DNA of 64,000 bases, from NCBI RefSeq assembly GCF_048593235.1, contig NC_133617.1, positions 47,329,767 to 47,393,766 on the forward strand. The letters run 5' to 3'. The translations under genes were made by a program, and so were the position numbers. The notes under the pieces are model-generated. The model saw only the letters and a list, made by a program, of their open reading frames with translations. It was not told the origin of the DNA and ran no database searches. Source of the DNA: Sminthopsis crassicaudata. Taxonomy: Eukaryota. Shown here piece by piece: positions 13,358 through 40,339 of the stretch (position 1 is the stretch's first letter; every line of letters begins with the position of its first letter).

Positions 13358-13637
13358 TGTAAATCTCTCCAGGCCTTTCTGAAATCATCCCTTTGATCAT
13401 TTCTTATAGAATGATAATATTCCATTACTTTTGTATAACATAACCTATTCAGCCATTCCCCAACTGATGGGCATCCATTCACTTTCCAGTTCTTTGCCAC
13501 TACAAAAAGAGCTGCTACAAACGTTTTTGCACGTGTGGGTTCTTTTCCCTTTTTTATCATCTTTTTGGGATACAGACCTAGTAGAGACACTGCTGAATCG
13601 AAGGGTGTGCACAGTTTTGTAGCTCTTTGGGCATCAA
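13358..13637 (-). mobile_element. L1 ORF2 C-terminal fragment
   Basis: ORF 13324-13590(-): LLGLYPK...FVAALFVVAKNWK..GCPSVGEWLN.L....MEYY. Confidence 0.9.
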
Positions 13638-13947
13638 TTCCTTCATTTTACAGAGGAACAAAATGAAGTTTAAAGAGGTTAAGTGAATGTCTTCAAGGTC
13701 ACACAGGTGTAAATGGTTCAGAGTGGGGATATGAAGTGGGGTCTTTTTGACTCCAAATCCAAGGTTCTTCCCACTCTTCAGAATGCAGTCTCAGGCCAAA
13801 GGGCCCCTGGGCCTGGAGAGCTGAGGAAGGGGCCTATGAAGACGCCATAGCTCCAGGGGAGAAGGCAGTCTGGGCAGAATCAGGGATACCCATTTTGTTA
13901 ACTTGCTGGCCTAGGCTAATCCTTTTTTTTCCTTTGCTACAGAGACA

Positions 13948-27866
<13,919 letters not shown>

Positions 27867-28485
27867 TCGGCCACATCAGCTCCCTGCCCCCCGCTGAACG
27901 TGCCGATGCTCGGTTCTCTTTCTACTAACCCACAGAAGAGCGCAGCCTGGACCTGTGCGGGCTCCCAGTTAGTGGCCCACAAAGCACCTTAAATGAAAAC
28001 CCTGCCTAAGCCGTAGGGGAGCAGGCACAAGTTCCGGGGTCCTCAGGAAGGCGACACTTGGAGGATGGAAGTGAAGCAGCTCAGGGAAGGGGGACAGTCA
28101 CCCCGCAGTCACTTTGCTTTCCCCAGTTCCAGCCTTTTAACATGTCAACAAGTCTACAAGAATAACCGGCAGCACTCTTCCCATGCGGTGAACTGCTGGC
28201 CCTTATCTTCCCCCCAAGCATCCATCCAGCCACCAAGCCCCTCATCCTTAGTCCTGCCCAAACCCAACCCTGCGGCCGCTACACTCAAAGGGAGAAGGGA
28301 TGGGGGCGACACAGCCCAGCAAAGCACCGCGCTGGAGTCCGCTTCTCCACAAAAGGGCTCCCAGCTCTGGACCTCACCGGGCAGAACAAGTTATCTCCGA
28401 CCCCGGCCTAGAGTGAGGGACCGCGGGGCCTCAGTGCTTTCTGAGGGCGGAGGTTCCCAAAACCATCCGGGAAACACAATTTTCC

Positions 28486-28491
28486 AATAAA
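28486..28491 (+). terminator. KANK3 polyadenylation signal AATAAA
   Basis: AATAAA ~620 nt after the stop codon, followed by a GT/T-rich tract (tatgttttctatgtctgtctgtg). Confidence 0.75.
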
Positions 28492-28689
28492 AATGCGGTT
28501 ATCTGGTCAAACCTGGTTATGTTTTCTATGTCTGTCTGTGGGAGAGAAGGGTTATGGAAGAACACCTGAGCCACACTAAGCTCGCAAGGGGACCTGTCCC
28601 CCCTCCCCCCTTCTATTTAAGCCGCCGGGTAGCTGGGGGATAAGTCAGGGTCTCCCGGACCCACCCACTTTTAGGAAAAGTCACACGAC

Positions 28690-28756
28690 TCGGCAGCTTA
28701 GACAAAACGCTTTATTTTACATCCTCAGCAGTGCTCCTGTGAGCGGCGGCCTCCAC
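28690..28756 (-). other. RPS28: RPS28 non-coding last exon with AATAAA (28711-28716)
   Basis: Donor GTGAGT 9 nt after the stop (exon 3 ends at 29077); acceptor cccttattttcag at 28757-28758; minus-strand AATAAA at 28711-28716. The 3' end coordinate is approximate. Confidence 0.8.
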
Positions 28757-29085
28757 CTGAAAATAAGGGCAGGGTCAGGCGCCGGGGCGGGTTGAGGGGC
28801 TCCGGTTCCTAGCATTTCCCGTTGTCCCAAAAGCCCGGCCCAAGCAGAGCTCTCTCAGGCGGTACCGCCTCCCCGGGGGCTGGCTGGCGGCTCGGGGTCC
28901 TTCCCCCGGTCTGGCTGGCGGCTCAGGGTCCCCCTCCCCCTTCCCTGGGTCTGACTCCCGGCTCGGGGTCCTCCGTAGCTCAGACCAGAGAAGCCTCCGG
29001 GCCGGAGCGGGGTAGCTAGGAGGGAGCTCCCGTCCCGGCCCTCCCCCCAGCTGCCGGCGGACACTCAGACACTCACCGCTCGGCC

Positions 29086-29555
<470 letters not shown>

Positions 29556-29737
29556 GATGGCGGCGGCCAAGGAAGATGGGAGAGAGACGAGAGAGAGTCA
29601 CGTGGGCCCTGGCGCCTCTTTATACGCTTCCTGAAGCCCCGCCTCCGGAACTCGCGAGATCACGGCACTCGCGTTCCTTCCCTGCCTACCCAACGGCCTT
29701 TGCGGCTTCTGTTGTTGCCCTTCACTCCGGACCCAAG
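29556..29737. promoter_or_regulatory. Bidirectional RPS28/NDUFA7 promoter within a CpG island (~28750-30360)
   Basis: 182 nt between divergent ATGs. Minus-strand 5'TOP pyrimidine tract CTCTCTCTCGTCTCTCTCCC from ~29597; minus-strand TATAAA 29619-29624; E-box GTCACGTGGG 29597-29606; ETS CCGGAA 29645-29650; (A)CTCGCGAGA 29650-29659; YY1-like GATGGCG at both start codons. Confidence 0.85.
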
Positions 29738-32700
29738 ATGGCGTCGGCCACTGGCTTCATCCAGTGGCTCCGGAATTCAGCCTCCGGGGTGCGAGGACGA
29801 CCCTTGGGACGAGGGCTTGATCTGATGACGCTGGGGACGAAGAACTGACTGACTGACTGACATCCTGTGAATCCTCCCTCTCCCCTCATCTTGTGCTTTA
29901 CCTTGACCTTTGCCCTCTGATCTATAACCCTGTCCCCTGCTTCTTAGGTCTTTCCCATCTGTGACCCTCCCGCTGCCCCCAGTCTCTCACCTTGGTCTCT
30001 AACCCTTCCTCCTGAGCCCCGGTTCCTGCCCCTACCGATGACTCCTGCCCGGGACCCTTATTTCTCCCATGTCTCCCCCACCTCTAACCCCTCGCCTCTG
30101 TCACTGTTCCCACCCCCCAGGCGCAGTCCTAGACCCGGCTCCCTCCCCTGGCAGGACTGCGGGCTGTTCTGGGCTTCTGCCCGTGATGGGGGTGGGCTTA
30201 TTCCTCCGGACTTACCCGAGCCCCCCCTCGGCCCTTTCCTCCAGCTTTCTGACTCGCCCCGCCCCCTCCCGTGATACGGACAGCTTCGCCCCGACTGTGC
30301 CCGAGTCCTCATTAATCCCCGGGGAGTCCCGGGGCCTCGAGCCCCCGCCCCCTGCTGGGCCACCCCAAGTTCTCATCTTTTTCTCTTCTTCACAGCACAA
30401 CCTCCAGGCTAAGTTGCAGTTACGTTATCAGGAGATAGCCAAGAGGTGAGCAGATCTCTCCTCTCCCTTCCCATCACTCCCCGCTTTGTCCTTGTCCGTG
30501 GGAAACTTGCCCTAGAGCTAGACTGGAGGGGAGAGGGGGAGAAAGGGCCGGAAGGACGATTCCGTACATCCCTCCCCTCCCCCATCTTCTGTGCGCTTGT
30601 ATTTGTTCTGTAAAGGAGACGGACGGTGACTAAAAGACTCAGCTGAAAGTACCTTAACCTGAAGGAGCTAGAACTCACAAACTACTGATTAGATGCAATA
30701 AAGAGAACCAGGTGACAGTGGTTTATTAGGGCTTAAACAAAGCTCCATTAGCATCTAGTGGGCGCTCAATAAATGTTTATTATTTAATTGCTCTAGTTGC
30801 CTCTTAGGAAGATGATAGAGTCTAGGAATTTAGGGACATTAAAAATGCAGCTCAGGCTCGGGGCTTACAGCTTTGAAATAGGATTGTGCTTTGGTTGGGA
30901 ATTCTTAAATCCAGCTCTCCCTTTTAGCTTTCTGAATTTAATTTGAAATAAAGTAAAAAAATAATTAAAATTAGCTTATAACTTCTCATTCAAGTTTTTG
31001 AGAATGTTCTGTGCATGATTTGAGATAATTTAGGAGAGTAGAAGAAAGGAAGAGAGATTGCAAAGTTGTGTCTATACAGAATAACTTATAAACTTATACA
31101 TGTAGAGGTGGAAATGTCAGAGACCTCAGGTCCCAGCCCCGCACTTTACATATGAGAACTGAGCATCGAAGACGGACCCTGACCGGAGCTGCTGCTCTTT
31201 AGGCGTTCCGCTCTGTGGTCACTGAATTGAGATGCAGAGAATACATTTGTCGGCTTGTGTTGTCTTGTGTGTACTGATTACAAAACATTTGTCTTAGTAA
31301 AAACAGCCTCAAATGTTCACTAAGATGTTTTCTGTTTATATGGTAAGAAGGTTCCTTCGTGGACACTTTGATGTTTAAAAGAAAAAAAATTAAAATATCA
31401 AAATGCAGCATAATTTCCTATTTGAAGCTCCCAGCTACAGGGAAGGAGAGGACAGGTCAGTATAACGGAAAAGTATACGGTGGGAGAGCCAATGGCCTAG
31501 AGAAGCCAGAAAGTTGCTTGAGTTCTTCCCAGTTTTCCTTGGAAACAATATTGAATCAAGCCTCTAAAAGATTCTGGAGTGACAGAACCCACAAAAGGTT
31601 GGAGTGAAACCATGTTCTAGCTTTAGATAAAGTACTCGGACTTCAAAAAAGTAGCTGCTTCATTTGGGTGAAGGAGACACAGCACAGGTAAGCAGCAGGC
31701 CAGCATTCAGGCCCCCAGCCTCAGTGCAGAAGGTCATTTGCCAGCCTTGGAACCCTAGCACGACAGCAGACATGGTGCTGGACCACCTTAGTGCAGTGGA
31801 TGAGCTGGCCTCAGTGTGGAAAGCCAGGCCTCTGACCCCCAGTTTAAGAAGCTTAGAACAGTGCCCCCCTGTGCCCAGGAGCTGAGCTCAACTTTAAAAC
31901 TCATGAAATATGCTTAAAAAAAAAAAAAGGTAAGAAAGCCATCAAAACACAAACTTAAGTGACAGAAATGGAAAAATATCTACATGTGAAGCTTCAAAGG
32001 AGAAAATGATTTGGTCTCAAGCTCAAAAAGTCCTTTTGGAAGAGCTCAAAAAAGATTTTAAAAATTACCAAAGAGATAGAAGAAAAATTGGGAAAAGACA
32101 TAAGAATTATACAAGAGACAATCAATAGCTTGGAAAAGGAAGCACAAAAATTGAATTTTTCATGAAAAGACTTGTTTTGAATCTTGGTTGCTTTTCTTAG
32201 ATGATCTTGAGCATTACCTACTCCCAGAGTTCAAGGATTTCCTGATGTAGCAAAGTGGATAGAATGTTAGATCTTGAGCCAGCAGGACTTGGGTTCAAGT
32301 CCAGCCTTGGACAATAGCTTTATGATCCTAGAGAAGTCACTTCCCTTCTGTGCCTCATTTTCCCAATTGTAAAATGATGATGTTGATAATAGCACCTACA
32401 TGGTAGAGTTGTTTTAAGTACCAAATGTATTTGTAAGCTCTTTGCAACCTTAAAGCAGCATATAAATGCTGTTCTTACTCCTCAAGGCAGAATGATGTGG
32501 ATTCAAATCTTACCTCAGAGACTTGCTAGCTGTATGACCAGCACAAGTCACTTCATTCCTGCTTCAGTTTCCTTTTCTGTAAAGTTCATAAGACAGTAAT
32601 AGTAAAAAGTTCTTTGCAAAGTTTAGAGCACCACATTAATGCTAGCTGTCATCATTAGAGAAGATTCACCAGGAAAATGAAGGAGCTGGGTTGGGTGATG

Positions 32701-35700
32701 TCTTAAGGTCCTTCTAGCTCTGGATCGGAAGACATTTTATAGTTTGCTATGAAGGTTTTGGTTCGTTTTTATTTTCTGTCTACCACATTCACTACCAAGA
32801 ACACTGGACTAGGAGGAGGTAGGCACTGAAGTCTTCTGAGCTCAGTTTCTTCATCTGGAAAATGGGGATAATACCTGTTCAAAAAAATCAAATGAGAAAA
32901 TAATTCATAAACGTCCTCAATGGAGAGAATATGAGAACTTTGCCAAAGCACCTGATTTCCTGAGTCAGAGTGCTTGGGATTCAAGGTTTGATGTTGTGTG
33001 TTCACTTTCAGGCAACACATTTTAGGCGGGATATTGGAGTTAGAGGACATACGAGTGAAACCAGAGACTTGTCATGTGAAGGGACATGGGAAGAGCTGGG
33101 AATTTTGAGGACTTTTCTTTGTTTCAAGTCCTTGAAGGCTCTTGTGGAGAAGAGGGCCAGAATGTGTTTGGGTTGGCTTCAGAGAGCTAATTAGGCTTAG
33201 GGGGGCAGAAGCTACAGGGACAGATTTGGGGCTCAGTATGAAGGGACTGGGGGCTGTCTCAGGATCCTTTGAACTTGAAACATTGTCTACAAGCCTCTTC
33301 AAGCAGAAGAAAGCCCGCTGAGCTGGTTAGCAAGAACAATAAAGAACATGTAGCTCTTGATGACTTTGTTGTGCAGTGAGTCAGATGTTGTCCTATATTT
33401 TGCCTTATCTGTCAGGCTGTCCAAGGCACTGAAGTGACACGTTGGGTAGAGCCTACCAGCTTTGTGGTCCTGGACAAGTCACCTAACAGCAGTTTGCCTT
33501 GTCTTCTCATCTGTAAAATAAGGATAATAGTACATACCAACCGGGATTGTTCTGAGGATAAATTGAGAAAAGATACCTTAGCAAAATACCTAGACTATAG
33601 TAGATGCTAAATATATGTTTATTAATATTTTTAAATTGTAGGGACATGGGATTTAACATCTACACATGTGAGGACCATTGCTAGCACAGGAGATTATAAC
33701 TAACAATTAAATTATATTTTCTTTAGAACTCAGCCACCTCCTAAACTGCCAGTAGGTCCTAGCCATAAGTTTTCAAACAATTACTATTGTACTCGTGATG
33801 GACGTCGGCAAGCCTCTCCTCCTTCAATCGTAATGTCTACTGTGAAAGTTTTAGAGTCCGGTCTCACTAGTAAGAGGTAAGTCTTTTCTCAGAACTAGAT
33901 GACCCTTCCTAGGTTCTCTCCTTGGCTCATATTGGCACATTGCTTCAAGATTTACAAAACACTTGATCCTCACAACCCTGTGAGGGAGTTTGTATTGTTC
34001 TTATTTCCTCAATGAGGACAATGAGGTTTATTGAGGTCGAGGTGTCCAGAATTATGCAGGAGTGGAGTGAGTAGGATTCCAGCATTCTCTTATGCCATAG
34101 GTTCCCTTTCCTACCCCAGAATTCATGTGTATGAACTGAAATTTGCCAGGTCCCTGATTTTTAAAACTCTCATAATGTAACACTATTTGCCCATATTAGC
34201 TTCTCTGACCTCTTTCAAGTAGACCAGTTTTTCACTTTTTCTCTTCACTTTTATTCATGCTATTGTGTGCCAGTATCATACTGCACAAGTATCAGTTGAA
34301 GAAACAGATGTTTGGCTTGGAGAAAAGAATACACATCGGGGCCTTCATAACTGTCTTAGGGATTGCAAAAGCGTTATGTGATAACAAGATAATAATTCTA
34401 CTTAACCTCATAGTGTAAAACTGGGGATATGGGGTAGAAGTTGCTAGGAGGCAGATTCAGCCTTAATGCTAAGAAGAATTTCTGAATCATTACAGCTGTT
34501 TTTAAATGGAAAGGACTGCTTTGGGAGCTAGGTCCTTCCCTCATTAGAAGTCTTTGAGCAGAGGTAGAGTTACTACTTCTCTAGGTATCCTTTTTCTGGC
34601 ATGAGTTAGCTTAGGTGGTCTCTGAGGATCTTTAGAGTTATCAAACTAGCTTTTTCATTTCATAGAGTGCCTCATTGTTTTCAAAATCCTTTTACCCCTC
34701 GTTTGACTCGGTATTAACTGTCTGATGATTTGAATCCTCAATGTGACTCTGTGAGATTATTATCCCTACTTTTCAAGAAAGTATGCTAAGATACTTCCAT
34801 CCTGAGATTCCCTAATGTGAGGCCAGGAGAGAGGGAAAAGTGCTCATGCTAACTTATTGGAAGAGCCAGGGCTTTATATTCTAGTACTTTAAAAAAAAAA
34901 AAAAAAATCAATACTTTATTTTTCCAAATACATATAAACATAGTTTTCAACATTTATTTTCCAAATTTTTCTCTCTCCCTCCCTTATCTTCCCCCATCCC
35001 AAGAAGCAAATAAGCTGATAATTTAAACATTTCCATATTTATCATGTTGTGTAAGGAAAATGATACCAAAAAGGGGAAAAAAGACAAGGAAAAAAAACAA
35101 AAACAAAAGTGGAGATAGTATGCTTTGATCCACATTCAGTCCTCAATCTAGATGCTGATATTACTTTCCATCCTAAGTCTATTGGAAGTAGCCTTGAGTC
35201 ATTTCATTGTTGAAAAGAGCCAAGTCTATCATAGTTGATCATCACATAATCTTGTTCCTATGCACAATGTTCTCTTGATTCTACTTACTTCACTTAACCT
35301 CGGTTTATGTAAGTCTCTCCAGACTTTTCTGAAATCGGTCTGCTTATTTCTTACAGAACGATAATATTCCATTAAATTCATATATTATAACTTATTCAGT
35401 CATTTCCCATTACAAAAAGAATTTCTATAAAACATTTTTGCATGTGCCTCTGTAGTAGTAATAGTGCTGGATCAGAGTATGCACTGTTTGATATCCCTTT
35501 GGGCAGTTTCATATTGCTTTCCAGAATGGTTGGATGGTTTCACAGCTATAACAATTAGTGTTCCAATTTTCCCACATCCCCTCCACATTTATCATCTTTT
35601 TCTGTTATCTTAGCCAATCTGAGTGTGAAATAGTACCTCAGTGTATTGTTTTAATTTTCATTTCTCTAATAGTAATTTAGAGCATTTTTTCTATTTTTTT

Positions 35701-38041
35701 CTTTTTTCTTTTTTTTTTTAAACTGTATTGTACCATTTTCCCTCAAGGGAGGCTGTGATGCTGACTCCTGGAGACCTTTTTTTTCTTTAATCAGCTAGTG
35801 TAGAATCCTTCTCTACATGGCAAGATGCCTATATTGAAAGTGACCAATCAGTAGCTTAGAAAAAAGGCTGGCACGTCCTTGCCTGGTTTTTCCATAATGT
35901 AATCCCACCCTACTCATCCAACCTTTTTAGTAACTATTTTTTAATAATCCGTAACCTAGGTAATATGGTAAAAACATGAAATTTGACCCTTCTTTTTACA
36001 CAGGTTGGAGCATACCAACTCACAATGGTATTGGGTCACATAATGTATTATTTTAAGATATCACTTTTCCACCATGCTCAGCTGCTTCAGTTAACTCTGT
36101 TTATGAAAGTAGAAAGTCCCTCCCACTCCAACCTCAGTTTCTCTTTTTTTCCAGTTTCATAACTTTTTTTTTTTAACACACATTGCTTTATGAATCATGT
36201 TGATAGACAAAAATCAGAGAAAAAAGGGAAAAACCATGGTAGGGATTTAAAAAAAAAAAAAAAGAAGAAGTAAATGTAGCATGTGTTGATTTACATTCAG
36301 TCTGTTTAATTTTTTTTTCTGGACACAGATGGCATTTTCTGTCCAAAATCTATTGGGATTGGTTTGTATCACTGAACCACTGAGAAGAACTAAGTCTTTC
36401 ATAGTTACTTGATCATTGCACATTCTTGCTGTTATTGTATACAAGGTATTTTTGGTTCTATTTGTTCTGTTCAGCATCAGTTCATGTAAATCTTTCCAGA
36501 CCTTTCTAAAATCAGCTTGTTCATTATTTTGCATAGAGCAATAATATTCCACTACCTTCATATCCCACAACTTGTTCAGCCATTCCCCAATTGATGGATA
36601 TCTACTCATTTTCCAATTCTTTGTTACCACAGAAAGAGCAACTACACACATTTTTGCACATGTGGGGCCTTTTCCCTCCTTTATGATTTCCTTGGGATAC
36701 AGACCCAGTAATGGCACTGCTGAGTCAAAGGGTATGCAGAGTTTTATAGCCCTTTGGGCATAGTTCCAGATTGTTCTCCAGAATTGTTGAATTATTTCAC
36801 AACTCCACTAAAATGCATTAGTGTCCCAGTTCTACATCTCCTCTAACATTTATCATTATCTTTTCCTGTCATCTTAGCCAATCCGAAAGGAGTGAGGTGG
36901 TACCTCAGAGTTGTTTTAATTTGCATTTTTCTAATAGTGATTTAGAAAATTTTTTCATATAGTTGTAGATGACTTTAATTTTGCCATCTAAAAATGTTCA
37001 TATTTCTTGACCATTTATCAACTGGAGAATGATTTGTATTCTTATGAATTTGACACAGTTCTTTGTATACTTTAGAAATTAGACCTTTATCCGAAATACT
37101 GGCTGTAAAGATTTTTTCCCAGCTTTACACTTTCCTTTTAATATTGTTTCTGTTAGTTTTGTTTGTGCAAAAACTTTTCAATTTAATGAAATCAAAAGTT
37201 GTCCATTTCATCTTTCATAATGTTCTCTAATTCTTCCTTGGTCATAAATTCTTCCCTTCTCCAAAGACCCAATAGGTAAATTATCCCTTGTTCTCCTAAT
37301 TTGTTATGGTATCATCCTTTATGGCCAAATCATGTATCCATTTTTACCTTATTTTCATATGGAGTGTGAGATGTAGGTCTAAACCAAGTTTCTGGCATTA
37401 TTTTTCCAGTTTTCCCAGGAATTTTTGTCAGATAATGAATTCTTATTCCAGAATCTGGAGTTTGGGAGTTTATCAAATGCTAGATTCCTATAGGCCTTGA
37501 TTATTGCATTGTGTGTATGTAAGTTGTCTTAAGGACAAAGAAATTTGTTATGTCTCATCTAGCCTCTAGCACTCTCTTAGCATTGATCAGTTTTTTTTCT
37601 CCCACAAAGGAAGACTAGTAAAAATATGTTGGGGGCAGCTAGGTGGCGCAGTGGATAGAGCACCAGCCCTGAATTCAGGACCCAAATTCAAATTCACTCT
37701 CCCACACTTAACACTTCTAGCTGTGTGACCCTGGGCAAGTCACTTAACCCCAGCCTCAGAAAAAAAATAATAAATAAAAATAAAAATACATTGAATTGAA
37801 TTTAGTGATTGTACTTCCTGTTCCAGAAGTAGAAATCTCAAAAGCTGATATATGGATCATATGATCCACATATGATTTCTTTTGTGTGCTGGGTTTTAAA
37901 AAATTCTAAATTAGGCCTTCCCTAAACCTCTCTTCTTTCTTTAGCTCAACTGAGGCTGTGGCAACTACTGGGAAAAAGCCAGTGATACCAGGACCTCCCA
38001 TGAAAAAGTGGGAACTGTCAAAGGATCAACCCTACTTGTGA
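29738..38041 (+). CDS. NDUFA7: NADH:ubiquinone oxidoreductase subunit A7 (B14.5a), 115 aa
   Basis: Exons 29738-29788, 30396-30445, 33727-33876, 37945-38041 (348 nt): [61 protein letters not shown]...[16 protein letters not shown] sites, phases 0/2/2. Confidence 0.96.
31915..32160 (+). mobile_element. L1/HAL1 ORF1 N-terminal coiled-coil fragment
   Basis: A-rich degenerate coding gaagagctcaaaaaagattttaaaaat...gaagaaaaattgggaaaaga...atcaatagcttggaaaagg, similar to the ~2200-2300 region of the upstream element. Confidence 0.6.
34885..35690 (-). mobile_element. Older L1 3' end (3'UTR plus ORF2 end)
   Basis: atactttatttttccaaatacat start, gataatattccatt, ttatcttagccaatctga; collinear with the L1 at 36160-37510. 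Confidence 0.75.
36160..37510 (-). mobile_element. 5'-truncated L1 (3' ~1.3 kb)
   Basis: ORF 36247-36717(-): [11 protein letters not shown]...[10 protein letters not shown]...GEWLNKLW...EYY...[12 protein letters not shown] (ORF2 C-terminus), with poly-T tail and 3'UTR. Confidence 0.9.
37632..37780 (+). mobile_element. WSINE1-type SINE ~150 bp upstream of NDUFA7 exon 4
   Basis: Consensus head and CORE, (A/TAA)n tail, flanks TAAAAATATGTTG (37619-37631) and TAAAAATACATTG (37781-37793). Confidence 0.88.
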
Positions 38042-40339
38042 AATGGATCTGGAAGATGGACATACAGGTGCTGAGAGATTGTGATTTGGGGGACTGACTT
38101 GAAGGCATCAGCTCTTCTGCAGAGGCATCATAGAGAATCATACAGACAACTTTGCATCATTATATTTTATCTTGGGGGTAGGGAATTTGGGGAGAAACAT
38201 GTATCCTAATACATGACAAATACACTGAACTCCCAATATTCTTTGCATTTTTATTTGGGGGATTCATTGCTTGAATTTGAGGATAAAGACTGTTACCTAT
38301 TCTATGGGAATTGTCATCTCTGAAGATTGTGGGTGGCCCCGGCTAGAATGTGGACTTGGGAGTCTGAAAAATTGAACTGAATTCTGGAACTCCCAGCTGT
38401 GTGACCTGTGTGACCTCATTTAAACTTTCCCAGCTGAAATTTCCTCATCCATACAGTGGGGCTTATCTCTCCAGGGTATGGCAAGGATCAAATGAGATAA
38501 TAGTTGCTAAGTATTTTGTACGTTAATGTGATGTCAGTATTAGCCGTGGTTATGTCAGCACTAGAAGTCCAGAAGAGAGCATCTAATTCAAATGAGATGC
38601 TCTTTTTTTTTTTTTTTTGAGAAACTTGAGCTGTAGGCTAAGGGGAAAGACTTGTTCAAGGCCTTCCCTTAATTCGGAGGGGTCGGTAGCATGACCAGCA
38701 CCAGAACCCAAACTTCCTGACTCTTAATCTAGAGTTTAGTTTAGTTTTGTTTTTTTTTAACTGCATTTCTTTGCCTGTTTTTAATGAGTCAGTGGTAGAT
38801 AGGTAAGAATTTTTTTTTTTTCTTCTCTTTCTCATCATCATCATAGAAAATACTTCTTAGGGGCTTTCAAAATGCTCTGTCACTTTCTCACTTGAACCTC
38901 ATCACACTCTCATGAGATGGGCAAAACTGAGGTTTTTAGAGGAGGAAGATAGGTTCCTCTGTCACTAATGAGACAAGTCCAGACTAAAAAAAATGCTAAT
39001 GTTTGTTGAATTGAGTTGCAAGTGGAACATATTCAGAAGATAGCTTTGGAGGTTTGTGGAAATTCAAAAGATAGCATACAAAGATTAGTTGAAGATCCTG
39101 CACTATTTAACCTAAAAAGATGTATGGGAATGTGTGAGTAGCATTGTTCTTACTTCTCAAGAGCTGTCATAGAAAAAAGGGAACAGATTTACTCCTTGGC
39201 CCCAGAGGGTGGAGCTAGGATCAGGGGAAACCTGTGTGGTGACAAAGTGCAACTCATTATAAAGAGTGGTTCAGAAATTAGATGATCTTATAAAGTTGGA
39301 GAGGTCACCGTCTCTGGAGTTGTCAGGTGGAGCTTGGGATGGCCATTTGTTGGAGCTGTCATGTACATGGCTGAACTGGAAAAGTAATATTCAAGCCCTT
39401 GAGTAAACATTTTGAAGATTCCTACCTGATAGTAACTGCACAATTAATAGCTATACTGTTAGTATTCATTGACTAAATGTCTAGTATGTGTGGCGGTGTG
39501 ATGGGGGGGGTATAAAGACAAAGGGAAAATCAGTACCTGCCCTCAAGGAACTTACCTGAGGGGGCAAGTTGGAGGAGCTACAAAGTAACTTTGAAAGGAC
39601 TACAAACAACTGGATCGAGGGTTTAGGAAGAGTTTCTTGAGAGGACGTCTTTTGAATTAGGCTTTGATGGGAGTTCTGCTTGGATTAGGATTCGAAGAAG
39701 TGGATAAGCCAGCAAGTATATTCTGGGCATCCAACATGAAGGGACGGAGAGAAGACATAGAACGTTGATTGATCTCTGACCACTGTTTGGTTTGATACCC
39801 GGTATTCGGACAAGCAGCAAAGACCAGCCTGCTTCCATGGGGAAAGAACAAGATAATCTGCAGGGTCAGTGTATTGTGTCTGGCCCAGAGTAGGTTTAAT
39901 AAATGTCTATTGTGCTTTAGTGCCTAAATGTACTGGCAAAGGTGGTTTAAATGCCAAGATTAGGAGTTTGTATGTAAAGGCAAGAGAGCTCCTGAAGAAT
40001 TTGGAGTGAGTGGTTCCATTCTGGGCCGGCCTCTCCTTCCACCCTGGGACACAGGAGCTGTTACTTTCCCACGCTACAAATGAGCAAACCCGGGTAAAGG
40101 GATTCAATGATAGACCGGGTAAGTGGGCCACCCAGCTCTGCCAATGGTAGTGATAGACAACATATGGGTGGGATTTTAAAGCTGCTGAAGCCTCATCCAC
40201 CATCTTGCTAGTTCTTGGTGAGCATTGGACTGGAGAAACTGAGGCTGAGCTGGCTAGTGCCCGGGGTCAGGCAGCTGGTAAGACTCTGCCTTGGCACCGC
40301 CACCTCCTCCCCTCCCCCCAGTAAACCCCGGAAAGCCCC

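Noticed and set aside
29824-29920. Possible C/D-box snoRNA in NDUFA7 intron 1 (TGATGA ... CTGA)
   Set aside because: No convincing terminal stem, the CTGA copies are part of a (CTGA)n microrepeat, and I recognised no rRNA antisense guide.
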